From NCBI GenBank assembly GCA_052327205.1, contig CM126204.1, positions 220,286,001 through 220,350,000 on the forward strand: a stretch of 64,000 nt of DNA, in the 5' to 3' direction. The notes below the pieces were generated by a model. The model had not been told where the DNA came from. It did not search any database and was given only the letters and a program-made list of their open reading frames with translations. Source of the stretch: Somniosus microcephalus (Eukaryota). Both the position numbers and the translations under genes were made by a program. Below are positions 1-11,985 of this stretch, piece after piece (the first letter of the stretch is position 1; each line of letters begins with the position of its first letter).

Positions 1-88
1 GCGGAAACTCAATTTGTACTTAAAATTTCGCCATCTCTTGCGCTGGTTTGAAAAAAAACATGCAACCTAGCAGAAGCTCCATGCACTT

Positions 89-556
89 GTCAGCTGTGGC
101 TCAGTTGGTAGCACTCTCGCCTCTGAGTCTGAAGGTTGTGGGTTCAAAATCCCACTCCAGAGACTTGAGCTTGAAATCCAGGCTGACACTCCAGTGCAGT
201 ACTGAGAGAGTGCTGCACTGTCTGAGGTGCCATCTCTCAGATGAGACATTAAACTGAGGCCCCATCTGCCCTCTCAGGTTGATGTAAAAGATCTCATGGC
301 ACTATTTGGAGTAGAGTATGGGAGTTATCCCGGTGTCCTGGCCAATATTTATCCCTCAACCAACATCGCTAAACAGTTTATCTTTTCATTATCATATTGC
401 TGTTTGTGGGGGCTTGCTGTGTACAAATTGGCTACCGCGTCTCCCTACACTACAACAGTGACTACACTTCAAAAGAATTTCCTTGGCTGTAAAGCACTTT
501 CGGACATCCTGAGATTGTGAAAGGCACTAGATAAATACAAGTCTTTCTTTCTTTCT
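89..556 (+). mobile_element. tRNA-derived Deu-domain SINE (SacSINE1-like)
   Basis: tRNA-like head with A/B boxes (TGGCTCAGTTGG...GGTTCAAAATCC), central GGTGTCCTGGCCAATATTTATCCCTCAACC core and (CTTT)n tail; many copies in the window. Confidence 0.8.
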
Positions 557-739
557 TTTGGGTCTTGAAGAAATGGTTTTACACCAAAAAGGGCATGGAT
601 TGGAGAATCAGCGTTTCTGACCTGCACACCCATTGCCATTGGGAACACAGGACCACTGCATTTGCCAAATAGTTTCTTATGTAATAAATAACACTGGCCT
701 CTGATCTGTCACAAATACTTTTGAAGTACTTTTATAGCT

Positions 740-1450
740 CTACCTCAGTACATCTTCTCTTGACCTCTCCACAGTCTCTAAATTGTCTGACTGCTTGTCC
801 GGCATACAGTTCTGGATGAGCAAAAATTTTCCCCAATTAAATATTGGGATGACCGAAGCCAGTGTTTTCGGTCCCCACCACAAACTCCATTCCCTAGCCA
901 CTGACTCCAACCCTCTCCCTAACATCTGTCTGAGGCTGAACCACACTTTTCACAACCTTGGTGTCATATTTGACCCTGAAATGAGCTTCCGACCACATAT
1001 CCGCAGCATAACAAAGACCACCTATTTCCACCTCTGTAACATCGCCCGTCTCCGCCCTTGCCTCAGCTCATCCATTGCTGAAACCCTCATCCATGCCTTT
1101 GTTACCTCTAGACTTGACTATTCCAACACACTCCTGGCTGGCCTCCCACATTCTGCCCTACGTAAACTTGAGGTCATCCAAAACTTGGCTTATCGTGTCC
1201 TAACTCGCACCAAGTCCCGTTCATAATCTCCCCTGGGCTCGCTGACCTACATTGGCTCCCGGTTAAGCAGCACCTCGATTTCAAAATTCTCATCCTTGTT
1301 TTCAAATCCCTCCATGGCCTCGCCCCTCCCTATCTCTGTAATCTCCTTCAGCCCCACAACACCCACTCCTCTAATTCTGCCCTCTTGAGCATCCCTGATT
1401 ATAATCGCTCAACCATTGGTGGCCGTGCCTTCAGTTGCCTAGGCCCTAAG
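740..1450 (+). mobile_element. L2/CR1-group LINE 3' part (RT C-terminus), split by LTR element A
   Basis: ORF 783-1226 has the typical motif ETLIHAFVTSRLDYSN; the sequence resumes at 9844 after the CTAAG TSD. Confidence 0.85.
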
Positions 1451-1650
1451 TGTTGTGTCGGTACCTTTCTACCTAGACACAATTTAGGACTCAGAACTCA
1501 GAGATTCAAACATGAAGTGCTTTATTGGAAGGAAAGGAAGTTCTGGCAAGTTCCGAACAAAGAGAGCTAAAACTTAACAGAGAACACCCAACCATTTATC
1601 TCCTATGACAGTGCCACCACAGGTGGGAGGAGAACACACAATACATAACA
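1451..1650 (-). repeat. 3' LTR of element A
   Basis: Direct repeat of 9639-9838; adjacent polypurine tract on the minus strand. Confidence 0.95.
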
Positions 1651-1745
1651 TTTCCTCCCCTCTTAAATGGAAGGTCCACATTATTCCTCAACAGGTAAGT
1701 TACTTTCAATGCACTCAACGAACCAAGGGTAGAGGTAGACTGCCA

Positions 1746-2010
1746 TGTTATGTTCATTAATAAATATACATTCTTATTCTGAACACAGCTAGCTTTTGCT
1801 AGACCTTTTATTGAGCACATGTGGACTAGGTACAGTATCTGTAGAGGCTTCCATCTTGACTGCTGCCTTGTGGGTAGCCTAGTGCCTCATGGGTAATGTA
1901 GTCTTACAGCTAGGTAGTGTAGTCTTATACATACAGCTATATACAGCTCTACACAGCTCTATGGCTCCACCTAATGTCCACTATAGAATGACATGTTATT
2001 GATCACTACA
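1746..2010 (-). repeat. 3' LTR of Gypsy element C
   Basis: TG...CA ends, minus-strand AATAAA, preceded on the minus strand by the PPT AAGAAAGGGGGA (2011-2022); no partner LTR in the window. Confidence 0.75.
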
Positions 2011-2157
2011 TCCCCCTTTCTTTGAGGTTTAACAAAATCAATATCAATCAACTTTCAAGAAAACAATAAAGATAATATCAGTAACACTTTTGTTAGTGCT
2101 CTATAAACATAAACATTTTCAAAACAGTCAACACATTTTCAAAGCTTTACATTGTAC

Positions 2158-3636
2158 TCAAATATTAAGTCTATCAGGCTTTTTTACTTCACGTGTGGAT
2201 CTTCTCAACACGGGTAAGTCTGATGTGTCTTCATGAGATTGTTCTGGCGGTGAATGACAAGATGCAGTTGCGGCATTGTCATCAATCTGTTCTTGTATAG
2301 ATCGAGGTCTCCTAGCGATCTTTGCTTGGAGAGGGTTTCAGTGTTTCCTTCACTCTTCATGCCATAACTCTCAATGTAGTCAATGCACTCTCGAAAAACC
2401 GCTGGCAGCTGGATCCCATCATACAGCATAGTCCTCTCAGCAGCCTCAGCTAATGGAACACCAAAGATTGGACTGAGGGAAGAAGGAGTATCCACCGGAA
2501 CTGCTTCCTGCTCTGCTGCAGGCTTCTTCTTTTTCTTTTTCTCTTTCCACTGCTTAACAACATCTGCTGCGGTTATATCTTTGGACTTTTTCTCCTTGTG
2601 TTTTTTCTCTTTGTGCTTTTCTTTGACCTTAAAGTCTTTTTCTTTATTCTTGGAGAAACTAGGCTTTTTGAAGACATGGATACCCTTTGGCCTTTCCATC
2701 CTTGATGGGCTCTCTGCTTCATCACCTGAGTCATCTGGTCTGCTTATGGCACAGTTTATACGGTAGACTCTCTTGACCAGTTCTAAGTCTTCACAAGCTT
2801 TGTCACCTAGTATCGAAATCAAGTCTTTCAGCCACAACAGAAAACATGAGATGATGCACTTTGTCTTTGACTGCCACTTTGAGTCTGCATACACCTAAGC
2901 TATCTATTTTCTGTCCATTATAGTCCTTCAGTAGTACTGACTTTTTCTCTATTTTGGGCTTTTCTTTCATATTGTTAATGTCACTCATACTGATTAAGTT
3001 TGCTTTTGCCCCAGTGTCCAGACTCAATGTAACTAATGCTCCATTTATCTGCAGTGGGATCATCCATTTGTCCACTTTTACTGCATTGACTTTATGTTCA
3101 GCATTGTCCATTTCTGAGGGCTGCACATTTTCTGTATCTTTTTTGATATCGTCACTTGACACCATTCCTACAAAAAATGTCTCACTTAAATCAGTGTCCT
3201 CAATCACATTAACTTGTTTCCCTTTCGTTGTTTTTACTTTTGAAAAGCATTGTTTGGCAAAGTGATTCTTTCCATTACATTTTGAGCACATTTTTCCAAA
3301 CGCTGGGCATTGTCTTAACTGGTGGTTGTAACCACAGTGTTTACAATTAAAAATTTCATCCTCCGATTGCTTTTCATTTCTGTTCTGCCCACGTTTCTTC
3401 CCCTTGTAGGACACAGCACCGACAGCAGCATTATCACTCATTACATTCGCATCATTATTGATTTCACTGAAAGTCTTCGCGTGCTTTTGAGCTAGCTCGC
3501 TGGCTTGGCATATTTTCACCGCATTTTCCAAATTTAGTTCGGTTTCTCTCAACAGACGTTCCCTGATGTTTTTATCATGAATACCAAACACAATCTGGTC
3601 ATGAATCATGGATGCTTTGAGCTCAGAGAAATTATG
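2158..3636 (-). pseudogene. Element C internal ORF: partial gag, Zn knuckle, protease, captured RALBP1 fragment, integrase C-terminal tail (frameshifted)
   Basis: MIHDQIVFGI gag; CSKCNGKNHFAKQC knuckle; LDTGA protease; SILGDKACEDLELVKRV protease end after a +1 frameshift near 2817; ends LRRSTREVKKPDRLNI-stop before the PPT. Confidence 0.8.
2346..2735 (-). pseudogene. RALBP1: Transduced RALBP1/RLIP76 fragment (Lys-rich region plus start of RhoGAP domain)
   Basis: SGDEAESPS...KGIHVFKKPSFSK...KSKDITAADVVKQWKEKKKKKKP...PIFGVPL...YDGIQLPAVFRECIDYIESYGMK matches vertebrate RALBP1 as recalled. Confidence 0.9.
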
Positions 3637-6204
3637 TGGAAGCGGATACTGCACCGTGTGAAGCACCGGATTAACAGTGATCTTGAAATCACCACGGATG
3701 CGAACCTTCCCCGGTTCCCCCGGCTTGTTGCTCGATGAACGCTTCATGACTGGGACAATGGGCGTGGCCCACTCACTCCAGTCTACCTTAGACAGTACTC
3801 CTGAACGTTCTAGCCCTTCCAGCTCAGCTTCCACAGCAGGTCGTATTGCATAAGGTACCGGTCTGGCTTTAAAAAATTTCGGGTTTGCATGTTCTTCAAT
3901 CTTGATGTTTGCCGTAATTCCTCTCAGTGTTCCCAGTCCTTGTTGGAACACCTCTTTAGCATCGTCCAATATTCTGGACAATCGTTTAGGTTTGACATCT
4001 TTTGTACCGGAATCTACCGTTAGTGCTTTTAAGGAATGCCAGTCCATATTTATTTTCCTAATCCACTCCCGTCCCAGTAGTGGTGGACCTCCCTCAGGTA
4101 GCACATATAAGTCCATTCCTCGGCTTTCTTTGCCCTTGTGGACCACCTTTACCTCTATCTTCCCGATGGGGTATACTCTTTGCCCCGTGTATGTTTTCAA
4201 TACAATCTCCGTATCCCGTAGGGGAATATGTGGGAATAACCTTTTGTAATCTTTCTTATTCATGACCGTCAATGCCGATCCAGTGTCCAATTCCATCTTC
4301 ACTTGGACTCCTGCTATCTGAAGTGTGACCCAAATTGTTTGGAGGTCTGCTTCCTTACCAACATTGTGTACTCTTAGACTACCCAGTTCATTACTGCTGG
4401 CGTCTGAATCTGACTTCTGTTCATTCGAACTGTTCTCTGTCACCTTGTGTACCTTTTTGTACTTTTCCTGCGGTGACTTTTTGTTGCTGGTCTTCTTTCC
4501 TGACCGGCATACTTTAGCTATGTGACCAAGCCTGCCACATTTTCTGCATTCCTGATTTTTGAACCAGCACTGGTTCTGATCGTGTGTTGTCTTTCCACAA
4601 CGATAACATTTTACTGTACTCAAGACCATTTGATTGGTACAGAGTTCCGGTGACCGTAGCTGCATTTCCGCAGTGCCTCTTGCTGCGGCTTCTTGCGATG
4701 CTGCAATAGTGACAGCTTTGTCAAGCGTAAGATCATTCTCTTCAAGCAGTCGCTTTTGTGTTCCTTCTTTTAACAATCCACACACAAATTTATCTCTCAG
4801 CGCATCTGCTAGCCCTGTCCCAAACTGACAGTACTTCATTGGCTTACGTAGTTCAATTAAAAATTCAGCGGTGCTTTCGTCTTTCAACTGCGTTCTTTTG
4901 TAAAATTTAAATCGTTCCGCTATCATCAGCGGCGTGGGGTTTAAATGATTTTTCAGGACAGTAACAATATTCGCGAAGGTCTGATCCGCCAGTTTAATTG
5001 GTGATAGAAGGTGCTTCAATAGCCCGTATGTCTTCGCCCCATTGAGCTTAATAAGGTTAATGCTTTCTCATCATCTGGTACCTTATTTGCTTTACAATAA
5101 ACTTCCATGCGTTCTACATATGTGGTCCAATCTTCGACATCACTATCAAAGGTATTAATGCTCCCATGTTTAGGCATCCTTGCAAGTTTTTAAATTTTTT
5201 TTTTTTAAATGGCGGCTTCCCGCGCTTGTCTTCTTCCCCCGCCTACTAAAATGGCGGCTTCCCGCGCTTGGCGGTCTTTCCCGCGCTCGTCTTCTTCCCC
5301 CGCCGACTACAATGGTGGATTCCCTCGTTTGACTTCTTCCCCCGCTGGCTGCAATGGCGATTGCCTTGCTGCTGCCGTTCTCACCTCCCCAGCGGTTCTC
5401 ACTCCCCGACGCTGCTTTGCCTTGCAGCCCCGCTTGCAGCCCGGTCCTTTACACCGGCTGTGTTTGATTTCTCCACGGCTCTCGTGCCTTAAGCTTCTCA
5501 ACTCCCCGACGCTGTTTTGCCTCGCAGCCCCGCTCGCAGCCCGCTACTGTACACCGGCTGCGTTTGAGTTCTCCGTGGCTCTCGAGCCTTAAGCTGCCCC
5601 AGTCGCTGCGCCTCTCGGCCTCGATTGCAGCCCGGGCCTTTCTACCGGCCGTGGTCGAGCTCTCCGCCCTTATTCCTCCGTTTTCCCTCCCCTACTCCAC
5701 AGTCAACGCGGCCGACTTTCTGCTCGTGTCGCTGATCAGCTTACCCACCACCGTGGTAGAAGGGATGAACACTGCCTGTCGCTGATGGAGGGCTTCGTGG
5801 TCAGAATTCTTTTTCTTTGTAACCCGGGTTCTCGATGCCTCCTGTGCGATGGTGCTCAGCAGGATGATGAGGGCGGATGCCTCTTCTCGACGCCCGTTTT
5901 GAGGACGAAGCTGCCTTGGATGTAAATTTGACGCAGGGTAAGATCGGACTCGTCGCCACTGTTGAGTCTGTATGTCCCAGTTAGGTTTAGGATCAATCAC
6001 TGGACACAGACAACAAGAATAACTTTTAACAGGTCTTTACTATTCGAAGGTCAGGGCTGAACTGCCCAGCAAATCCTTGCACAACACTTATATACCGGTG
6101 TGGTCACCACCGGTATTACAGTATTACAGTATACAGCAGCCAAGAGAAAGTAGTACACCTCTTAAGGTAGTTCTCTTAAGGTGGAACAGGTTACATACAC
6201 CACA
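3637..6204 (-). mobile_element. Gypsy element B (5' LTR, PBS, gag, protease, RT start), 3' part deleted; related to element D
   Basis: LTR 5960-6204; PBS TGGCGACGAG at 5949-5958; ATG at 5177 (MPKHGSI); CCHC knuckles; LDTGS protease; RT start WATPIVPV...GDFKITVN; gag closely resembles the ORF at 30139-32172. Confidence 0.88.
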
Positions 6205-6328
6205 GAATTGTTGTTTAAAAATCCGCCAATTGTAGTCGACATTTCCCTCGAAATTCAAATGCTCTGGTGGCTTCAAATTCTCCATGTCGCTTTTCACAAT
6301 TTTCAGCAGACATGGGGAACATGTTTTG
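6205..6328 (-). mobile_element. 5' remnant of element C (leader and gag N-terminus), interrupted by element B
   Basis: Minus strand reads MENLKPPEHLNFEGNVDYNWRIFKQQF, a typical Gypsy gag start, ending exactly at the B LTR. Confidence 0.7.
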
Positions 6329-6643
6329 GCACGGTGGCATAGTGGTTAGCACTGTTGCCTCACAGCGCCAGGGACCCGGGTTCGAATCCGGCCTCGGGTG
6401 ACTGTCTGTGTGGAGTTTGCACATTCTCCCCGTGTTTGCGTGGGTTTCCTTCGGGTGCTCCGGTTTCCTCCCACAGTCCAAAGATGTGCGGGTTAGGTTG
6501 ATTGGCTATGATAAATTGACCCTTAGTGTTAGGGGGATTAAATACGTGTGGCTACGGGGATAGGGTGGGATATGTGTTGGTGCAGGCTCGATGGGCTGAA
6601 ATGGCCTCTATCTACACTGTGGGGTTTCTGTGATTCTGTGATT
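6329..6643 (+). mobile_element. HE1-like V-SINE
   Basis: tRNA head, V-domain TGGAGTTTGCACATTCTCCCCGTG...TCCGGTTTCCTCCCACAGTCCAAAG, (TTCTGTGA)n CR1-type tail; very similar copy at 11401-11726. Confidence 0.9.
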
Positions 6644-8301
6644 CCCATCGAGACCTGGCCACCAGAAGTAGCTTTTTGCCATTTCCTTCATCCGAACCAT
6701 CCCACTGTGGCCTGTATGAAGTTGTTGCAGTATAGGTTCCCTCAGAGGTGGCGGAATGATGACACGGCATCCCCAAAGAAGACAACCTGCCTGGACGGAG
6801 AGCTCATTTCTTTTTGAAACGTAAGGTTTCAAACTAGGAGAATCTCCTATCGCTCTCCCTCGAATGACATCGTCCATTACCTCAGACAGGACTGGATCGT
6901 TGCGGGTGTACCTTCGCACCTGAACTGCAGTGACAGGTGCTCCCTCCACTTGTCTAAAGTGGAAGATGTCGATCTGACGAGGCTCTGGGGGAGTAACAGG
7001 CAAGGGTAGCCTCGAGAGACCGTCTGCGTTGCCGTGCAAGTCTAATTTGCGATATTTGAAGTCGTATGTGTGTCCTGACAACAGTAAAGCCCACCTTTGC
7101 ATCCTGCTTGCAGCGAGAGACGGAATTCCGGTGTGGGGCCCGAAGATTGAAGTCAATGGACGGTGGTCCGTCAGGAGTGTGAACCTTCTCTCAAACAGGT
7201 ACTAATGAAATTTTCGAATTCCAAAAACGATTCACAAGGCCTCGCGCTCGATCTGCGCATAGTTACTCTCGGCCTTGTTCAAGGTGCGTGATGCGAAGGC
7301 GATAGGTTTCTCTTCACCCGAAGGCATGATGTGGGATATGACTGCACCCACACCATATGGTGATGCATCACATGCTCGCTGCACTGGTAGCTTTGGGTCG
7401 AAGTGTGTCAGGACCTCCGAATTCAGCAATGCTTTCTTTGCTTGGGCGAAAGCTTCGTTGCACAGTTCAGTCCATTTCCATGTTTTGCCTTGACATAGCA
7501 ACTGATGTAATGGCTTCAGCAATGTTGCTAAGTCTGGAATAAACTTCCCATAGTAGTTAAGTAGCCCCAGAAATGAACGTAACTGGCTCACATTCTGGGG
7601 TGCTGGGGCCTCCACGATCGCCTTGACCTTTGACGGCGCCTTATGCAGGCCAGTAGCGTCAATCACATGCCCCAGGTACTCAACTGAAGACTGAAAGAAT
7701 TCACATTTGTCTTTATGAACTCTGAGTCCGTACTCTTTCAGTCGTTGTAGTGTTGCATCCAAGTTCAGAAGATGATCCTCCTCATTTGTCCCAGTGACAA
7801 GGATGTCGTCCAGGTAGCACTGGACTCCTGGCAGTCCACTCAAAATCTGATCCATTGCCCTTTGGAATAGAGCAGGGGCCGACGCAATTCCAAACGGAAG
7901 GCGGCAGTACCTGTATAGCCCCTTGTGTGTCACAATTGTCAGCAGCTCCTTTGATTTGTCATCGACATGCATTTGTAGATAAGCCTGGAATAAGTCTATT
8001 TTGCTGAACTTTTGCCCTCCGGCCAGGCCCGTAAAAGATCATCAATGAGGGGAAGAGGGTACTGTTCCACAGACAGCACCGGGTTAATAGTCACTTTAAA
8101 ATCCCCACAGATTCGAACAGATCCATCCTTTTTCAGGACAGGAACAATGGGTGTGGCCCATTTGCTCACGCTCACAGGCTCCAGGACTCCATTCTCGACT
8201 AAGGCCTCCAAGTTAGCCTCAACTTTTGGCCTAATTGCATCGGGTACAGGTCGGGCTTTGTGAAACTTCGGCTTGCTGTCAGGTTTAATGTCCAGTCTCA
8301 C
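6644..8301 (-). pseudogene. Element A pol (RT, RNaseH, start of integrase), frameshifted and truncated
   Basis: RLPFGIASAP, YLDD, RNaseH DAS...NYAQIEREAL, integrase HH region LHTGHSG...YFWWPGLD; truncated at the SINE. Confidence 0.9.
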
Positions 8302-9560
8302 GCTGAACTTTTCATGCTCCCAAGTTCCCCATTGAAAAGTTCTGCATGTTTGTTTAACACTGCAGTCAGACCTGACTCCCCTTTTGACATCATGCAGACT
8401 GCAGGCCAGTCTAGCGTGATTTTCTCTAGCCTCGCACGTCCCAGTAGCGATGGGTAATTTCCCTTTACCACATATAGTGGCAGTTTTGCAGTCTGTCCGT
8501 TCAATTTAACTGTCACCTCAATGATGCCTCTCATGGCCACAGGTTTGCCAGTATACGTCTTTAGCACAATGTTTGTTGGCTGAAGGGTAAGATGCTTTAG
8601 CATTTTGTTGCAGACAGTGTCTGAAACAAGGGACACAGCCGCGCCTGTGTCCACCTCCATCCGCACTGATTTTCCCTCCACCAGTGGTGACACCCAGTAG
8701 CCATTTGAACCACCTGCAACCGTCAGTATGTGCACCTCTTCCTCCTCAGAGGTGTCGCTCCCCTCTGTTTTGCTTGTTCCATCATACTGCACTGAATGAA
8801 CACTCTTTTTCCTCTCTTGTCCAAATACAGACATTTTGCTTCCATGCTTCCCAGCTCTGTCTGTTCTTTTTGTACCTCTACAGGCGCGTTCAATGTGACC
8901 CTTTTTGCCACAATTTCGGCATTCCAGCTCCGTACACCAGCAGTCATTAGCGTGATGGCCCGTTTTCCCACAACGGTAACATGTGCCGTTCCGCGCACCT
9001 TTAGGCTCAGACGACACCTTGTGAACTCTCCCTGTTGAACTCAGCTGGTGAGCCTCCTTTTCCGCCTTCTCCATGGAGACACTAACTTCAATGGCCTTTT
9101 CAAGAGTAAGGTTGTCCTCAGTAAGAAGGTGCTTCTGTGTGGCTGCATTTTGCAGACCACACACCAGCCTGTCTCTAATGGTGTCATTCAGCACCTCCTT
9201 GAACTGGCAGTGTTCCGACAACCTTTTTAAAGCAGCAATAAACATCGTCACTGATTCCCCCTCCTCTTGATTCTGTTTGTGAAATCTAAATCTCTCAGCA
9301 ATAACCAAAGTTTTTGGTGAAAAATGTGCTCCAAGAATTTCCACTAGTTGCTTATATGTTTTAGTTCCTGGCTTATCTGGCTGCACGAGGCTGCAAAGTA
9401 AATTGAAAGTCTTCGGCCCGATTACACTCAAAAAGGTAGGCACGACCTTTTCATTTGCCACCGCATTCGCCAATACAAAATAGTCAAAACGTTCCGTATA
9501 TGCGCTCCATTGCTCCACATTTTCATCAAAATCACCGATGTTTCCTAATATAGTAGCCAT
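8298..9560 (-). pseudogene. Element A gag-protease
   Basis: ATG at 9560; IAERFRF...IRDRLVCGL gag; two CCHC knuckles; VDTGA protease. Confidence 0.9.
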
Positions 9561-9638
9561 CTCACGGTTCAAATTAAATTTTCTGTTTACTCACTGCACC
9601 CGTAATGTACGCAGATTCATCCGCTCCTCATTGCCACT

Positions 9639-9838
9639 TGTTGTGTCGGAACCTTTCTACCAAGACACAATTTAGGACTCAGAACTCAGAGATTCAAACA
9701 TGAAGTGCTTTATTGGAAGGAAAGGAAGTTCTGGCAAGTTCCGAACAAAGAGAGCTAAAACTTAACAGAGAACACCCAACCATTTATCTCCTGTGACAGC
9801 GCCACCACAGGTGGGAGGAGAACACACAATACATAACA
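9639..9838 (-). repeat. 5' LTR of element A
   Basis: Direct repeat of 1451-1650, adjacent to the PBS. Confidence 0.95.
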
Positions 9839-9843
9839 CTAAG

Positions 9844-10065
9844 CTCTGGAATTCCCTGCCTAAACCAGTCCGCCTCGCTACCTCTCCCTCCTCCTTTAAG
9901 ACGCTTCTTAATACCTACCTCTTTGACCAAGCTTTTGGTCACCTGCCCTAATTTATCCTTATGTGGCTCGGTGTCAAATTTTTTGTCTTAAAATACTCCT
10001 GTGCAGCGCCTTGGGACATTTTACTACGTTAAAGGCACTATATAAATAGAAGTTGTTGTTGTTGT
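9844..10065 (+). mobile_element. L2/CR1-group LINE 3' end (continuation of 740-1450)
   Basis: LWNSLP...FKTLLNTYLFDQAF and a (TTG)n tail. Confidence 0.85.
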
Positions 10066-10099
10066 ACAGTGACTTGTTATGAAATTAACATCAGAAACA

Positions 10100-10590
10100 T
10101 GCTAGAAACAGGAGCGAGGCGAATAACTGGGCGCTCTGCTATTTTGTTGGTTGAGGGAAGAATGGTGGCCAGGACACTCAGAGAGCTCTCTTGGTCTTTG
10201 AATAGTGCCAGGGAATCTCTTACGGTTTATATATTTGAATATCTTTAAGAAGGATTTAAGAAGGAGATAGATAGATAGATTTCTAGACACAAAAGGCATC
10301 AAGGGGTATGAGGAGAGAGCGGGAATAGGGTATTGAGTTAGAGGATCAGCCATGATCATATTGAATGGCGGAGCAGGCTTGAAGGGCCGAATGGCCCACT
10401 CCTGCTCCTATTTTTCTATGTTTCTATGTTTAACACCTCAGTTGAAGGACGGCCCCTCCGACAGTGCAGCGCTCCCTCGGTATTGCTCTGTGCATGTCAA
10501 CCTGAATTATGGGTTCATTTGCCCGGAGTGGGGCTTGAACTCACGACCTTCTGACTTAGAGGTCAGCGTGCTGGTGGCTGAGGCATGTTG
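10100..10590. mobile_element. Deu-SINE (minus strand) interrupted by a CR1 3' UTR fragment (about 10240-10428, plus strand)
   Basis: Reverse-complement SINE pieces flank GATCAGCCATGATC...GGCCGAATGGCC...(TTCTATGT)n. Confidence 0.65.
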
Positions 10591-11174
10591 ACACAAATGC
10601 AGCAGTCAGATAACCCTGGCTCAGCCCCAAGCAGGTCATAGTATCGCTTCGAACTCTGGATCGCGGCTGAACCTATATAGGGAATGCTGCAGATGCAGCG
10701 CAGGTCAATCTGCATTTTGAAAGAGATCAAAAGGCAATACTTTCCCCCTCTTTTCAGAAGCTGTTAGAATTGCCAGAGCTAATTCCACACTCCCAGCGGA
10801 GCAGGTGTGTGTGCAGGGAGTACCAGTCAGAGAAACCCCGACTGCAATATTGTAGCCCTCTCACAAAGCACAGTCCCTTCGAGCACGGAATGGTGGAATT
10901 ATCCCAACACTTTCCCTTTATATTTTGCATTATTTTGACAATGAAAGCAATGAGGTCATCAGTCTCAGCTCCCCTTTCTGTCTCCCTGTGCTAATTCTAC
11001 TCATTCATTGCATAGCTATCTTGCTTCTTCATTCTCCCAATACTTTGCACTCATCGGCATAACATTTGATTTGCTATTCATCTTCTTGTCATTCCATTTG
11101 CCTCACTTGCTGAACCGAGCTTGCTGAAGAATGTATTTGACTGTGGGACAGGTATCTCCCACTGCGACATCACT

Positions 11175-11985
11175 ACAACAACTTGCATTTATATAGCACC
11201 TTTAACGTAGTAAAATGTCCCAAGGTGCATTACAGGAGGGTTATCAGGCAAAATTTGACACCGAGCCACATGAGAAGATATTAGAACAGGTCAAAGAAGT
11301 AGGTTTTAAGGTGCTTCTTAAAGGAGGAGAGAGAGGCAGAGTGGTTTAGGGAGGGAATTACAGAGCTGAGGGCCCAGGCAGCTGTAGGCACGGCCGCCAA
11401 TCACAGAATCACAGAAACCCCACAGTGCAGATAGAGGCTATTTCGGCCCATCGAGCCTGCACCGACACATATCCTACCCGATCCCTGTAACCCCTACACC
11501 AACACATATCCCACCCTATCCCCCTAACGGTCAATTTATCATAGCCAATCAACCTAACCCACACATCTTTGGACTGTGGGAGGAAACCGGAGCTCCCGGA
11601 GAAAACCCACGCAAACACGGGGAGAATGTGCAAACTCCACACAGACCGTCACCCGAGGCCGGATTCGAACCCGGGTCCCTGGCTCTGTGAGGCAACAGTG
11701 CTAACCACTATGCCACCGTGCTGCCCAATGGTGGAGCAATTAAAATTGGGGATGCACAAGAGGCCAGATTTGGAGAAGCGCAGAGATCTCGGAGGGCTGT
11801 AGGACGGGAGGAGGTTACAGAGGTAGAGAGGGGCGAAGCCGTGGAGGGAATTTGAACACAAGGATGAGAATTTTAAAATCAAGTTGTTGCTGGAGCAGGT
11901 GGCAATGTAGGTCAGTGAGCACAGGGGTGAGGGGTGAACTGAACTTGGTGCGAGTTAAGATACAGGCAGCAGAGTTTTGGATGGT
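11175..11985 (-). mobile_element. L2/CR1-group LINE 3' fragment containing a V-SINE
   Basis: Reverse-complement similarity to 1190-1450 and 9844-10065. Confidence 0.8.
11401..11726 (-). mobile_element. HE1-like V-SINE
   Basis: Reverse complement of 6329-6643; flanked by a short CCAAT-like duplication. Confidence 0.9.

Larger units (their letters stand above)
1451..9838 (-). mobile_element. Gypsy (Mag-like) LTR retrotransposon A, degenerate, with nested insertions
   Basis: 200-bp TG...CA LTRs at 1451-1650 and 9639-9838 (4 mismatches by eye); 5-bp TSD CTAAG at 1446-1450 and 9839-9843; PPT at 1651-1662; PBS TGGCAATGAGG, a CpG-decayed tRNA-Ser(GCU)-type TGGCGACGAGG, at about 9626-9636. Confidence 0.93.

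Noticed and set aside
89-160. tRNA genes at SINE heads (also near 6329, 11700, 13850)
   Set aside because: They continue into SINE bodies and tails; no complete cloverleaf
1735-1745. TGGCAG after LTR C as a PBS, which would make it a 5' LTR
   Set aside because: No recognisable tRNA complementarity beyond TGG; the PPT on the other side marks it as a 3' LTR inserted in A's 3' UTR
2346-2735. Genuine host RALBP1 exon
   Set aside because: Embedded between a Gypsy protease and an integrase tail inside LTR-bounded DNA; truncated, with no other RALBP1 exons nearby
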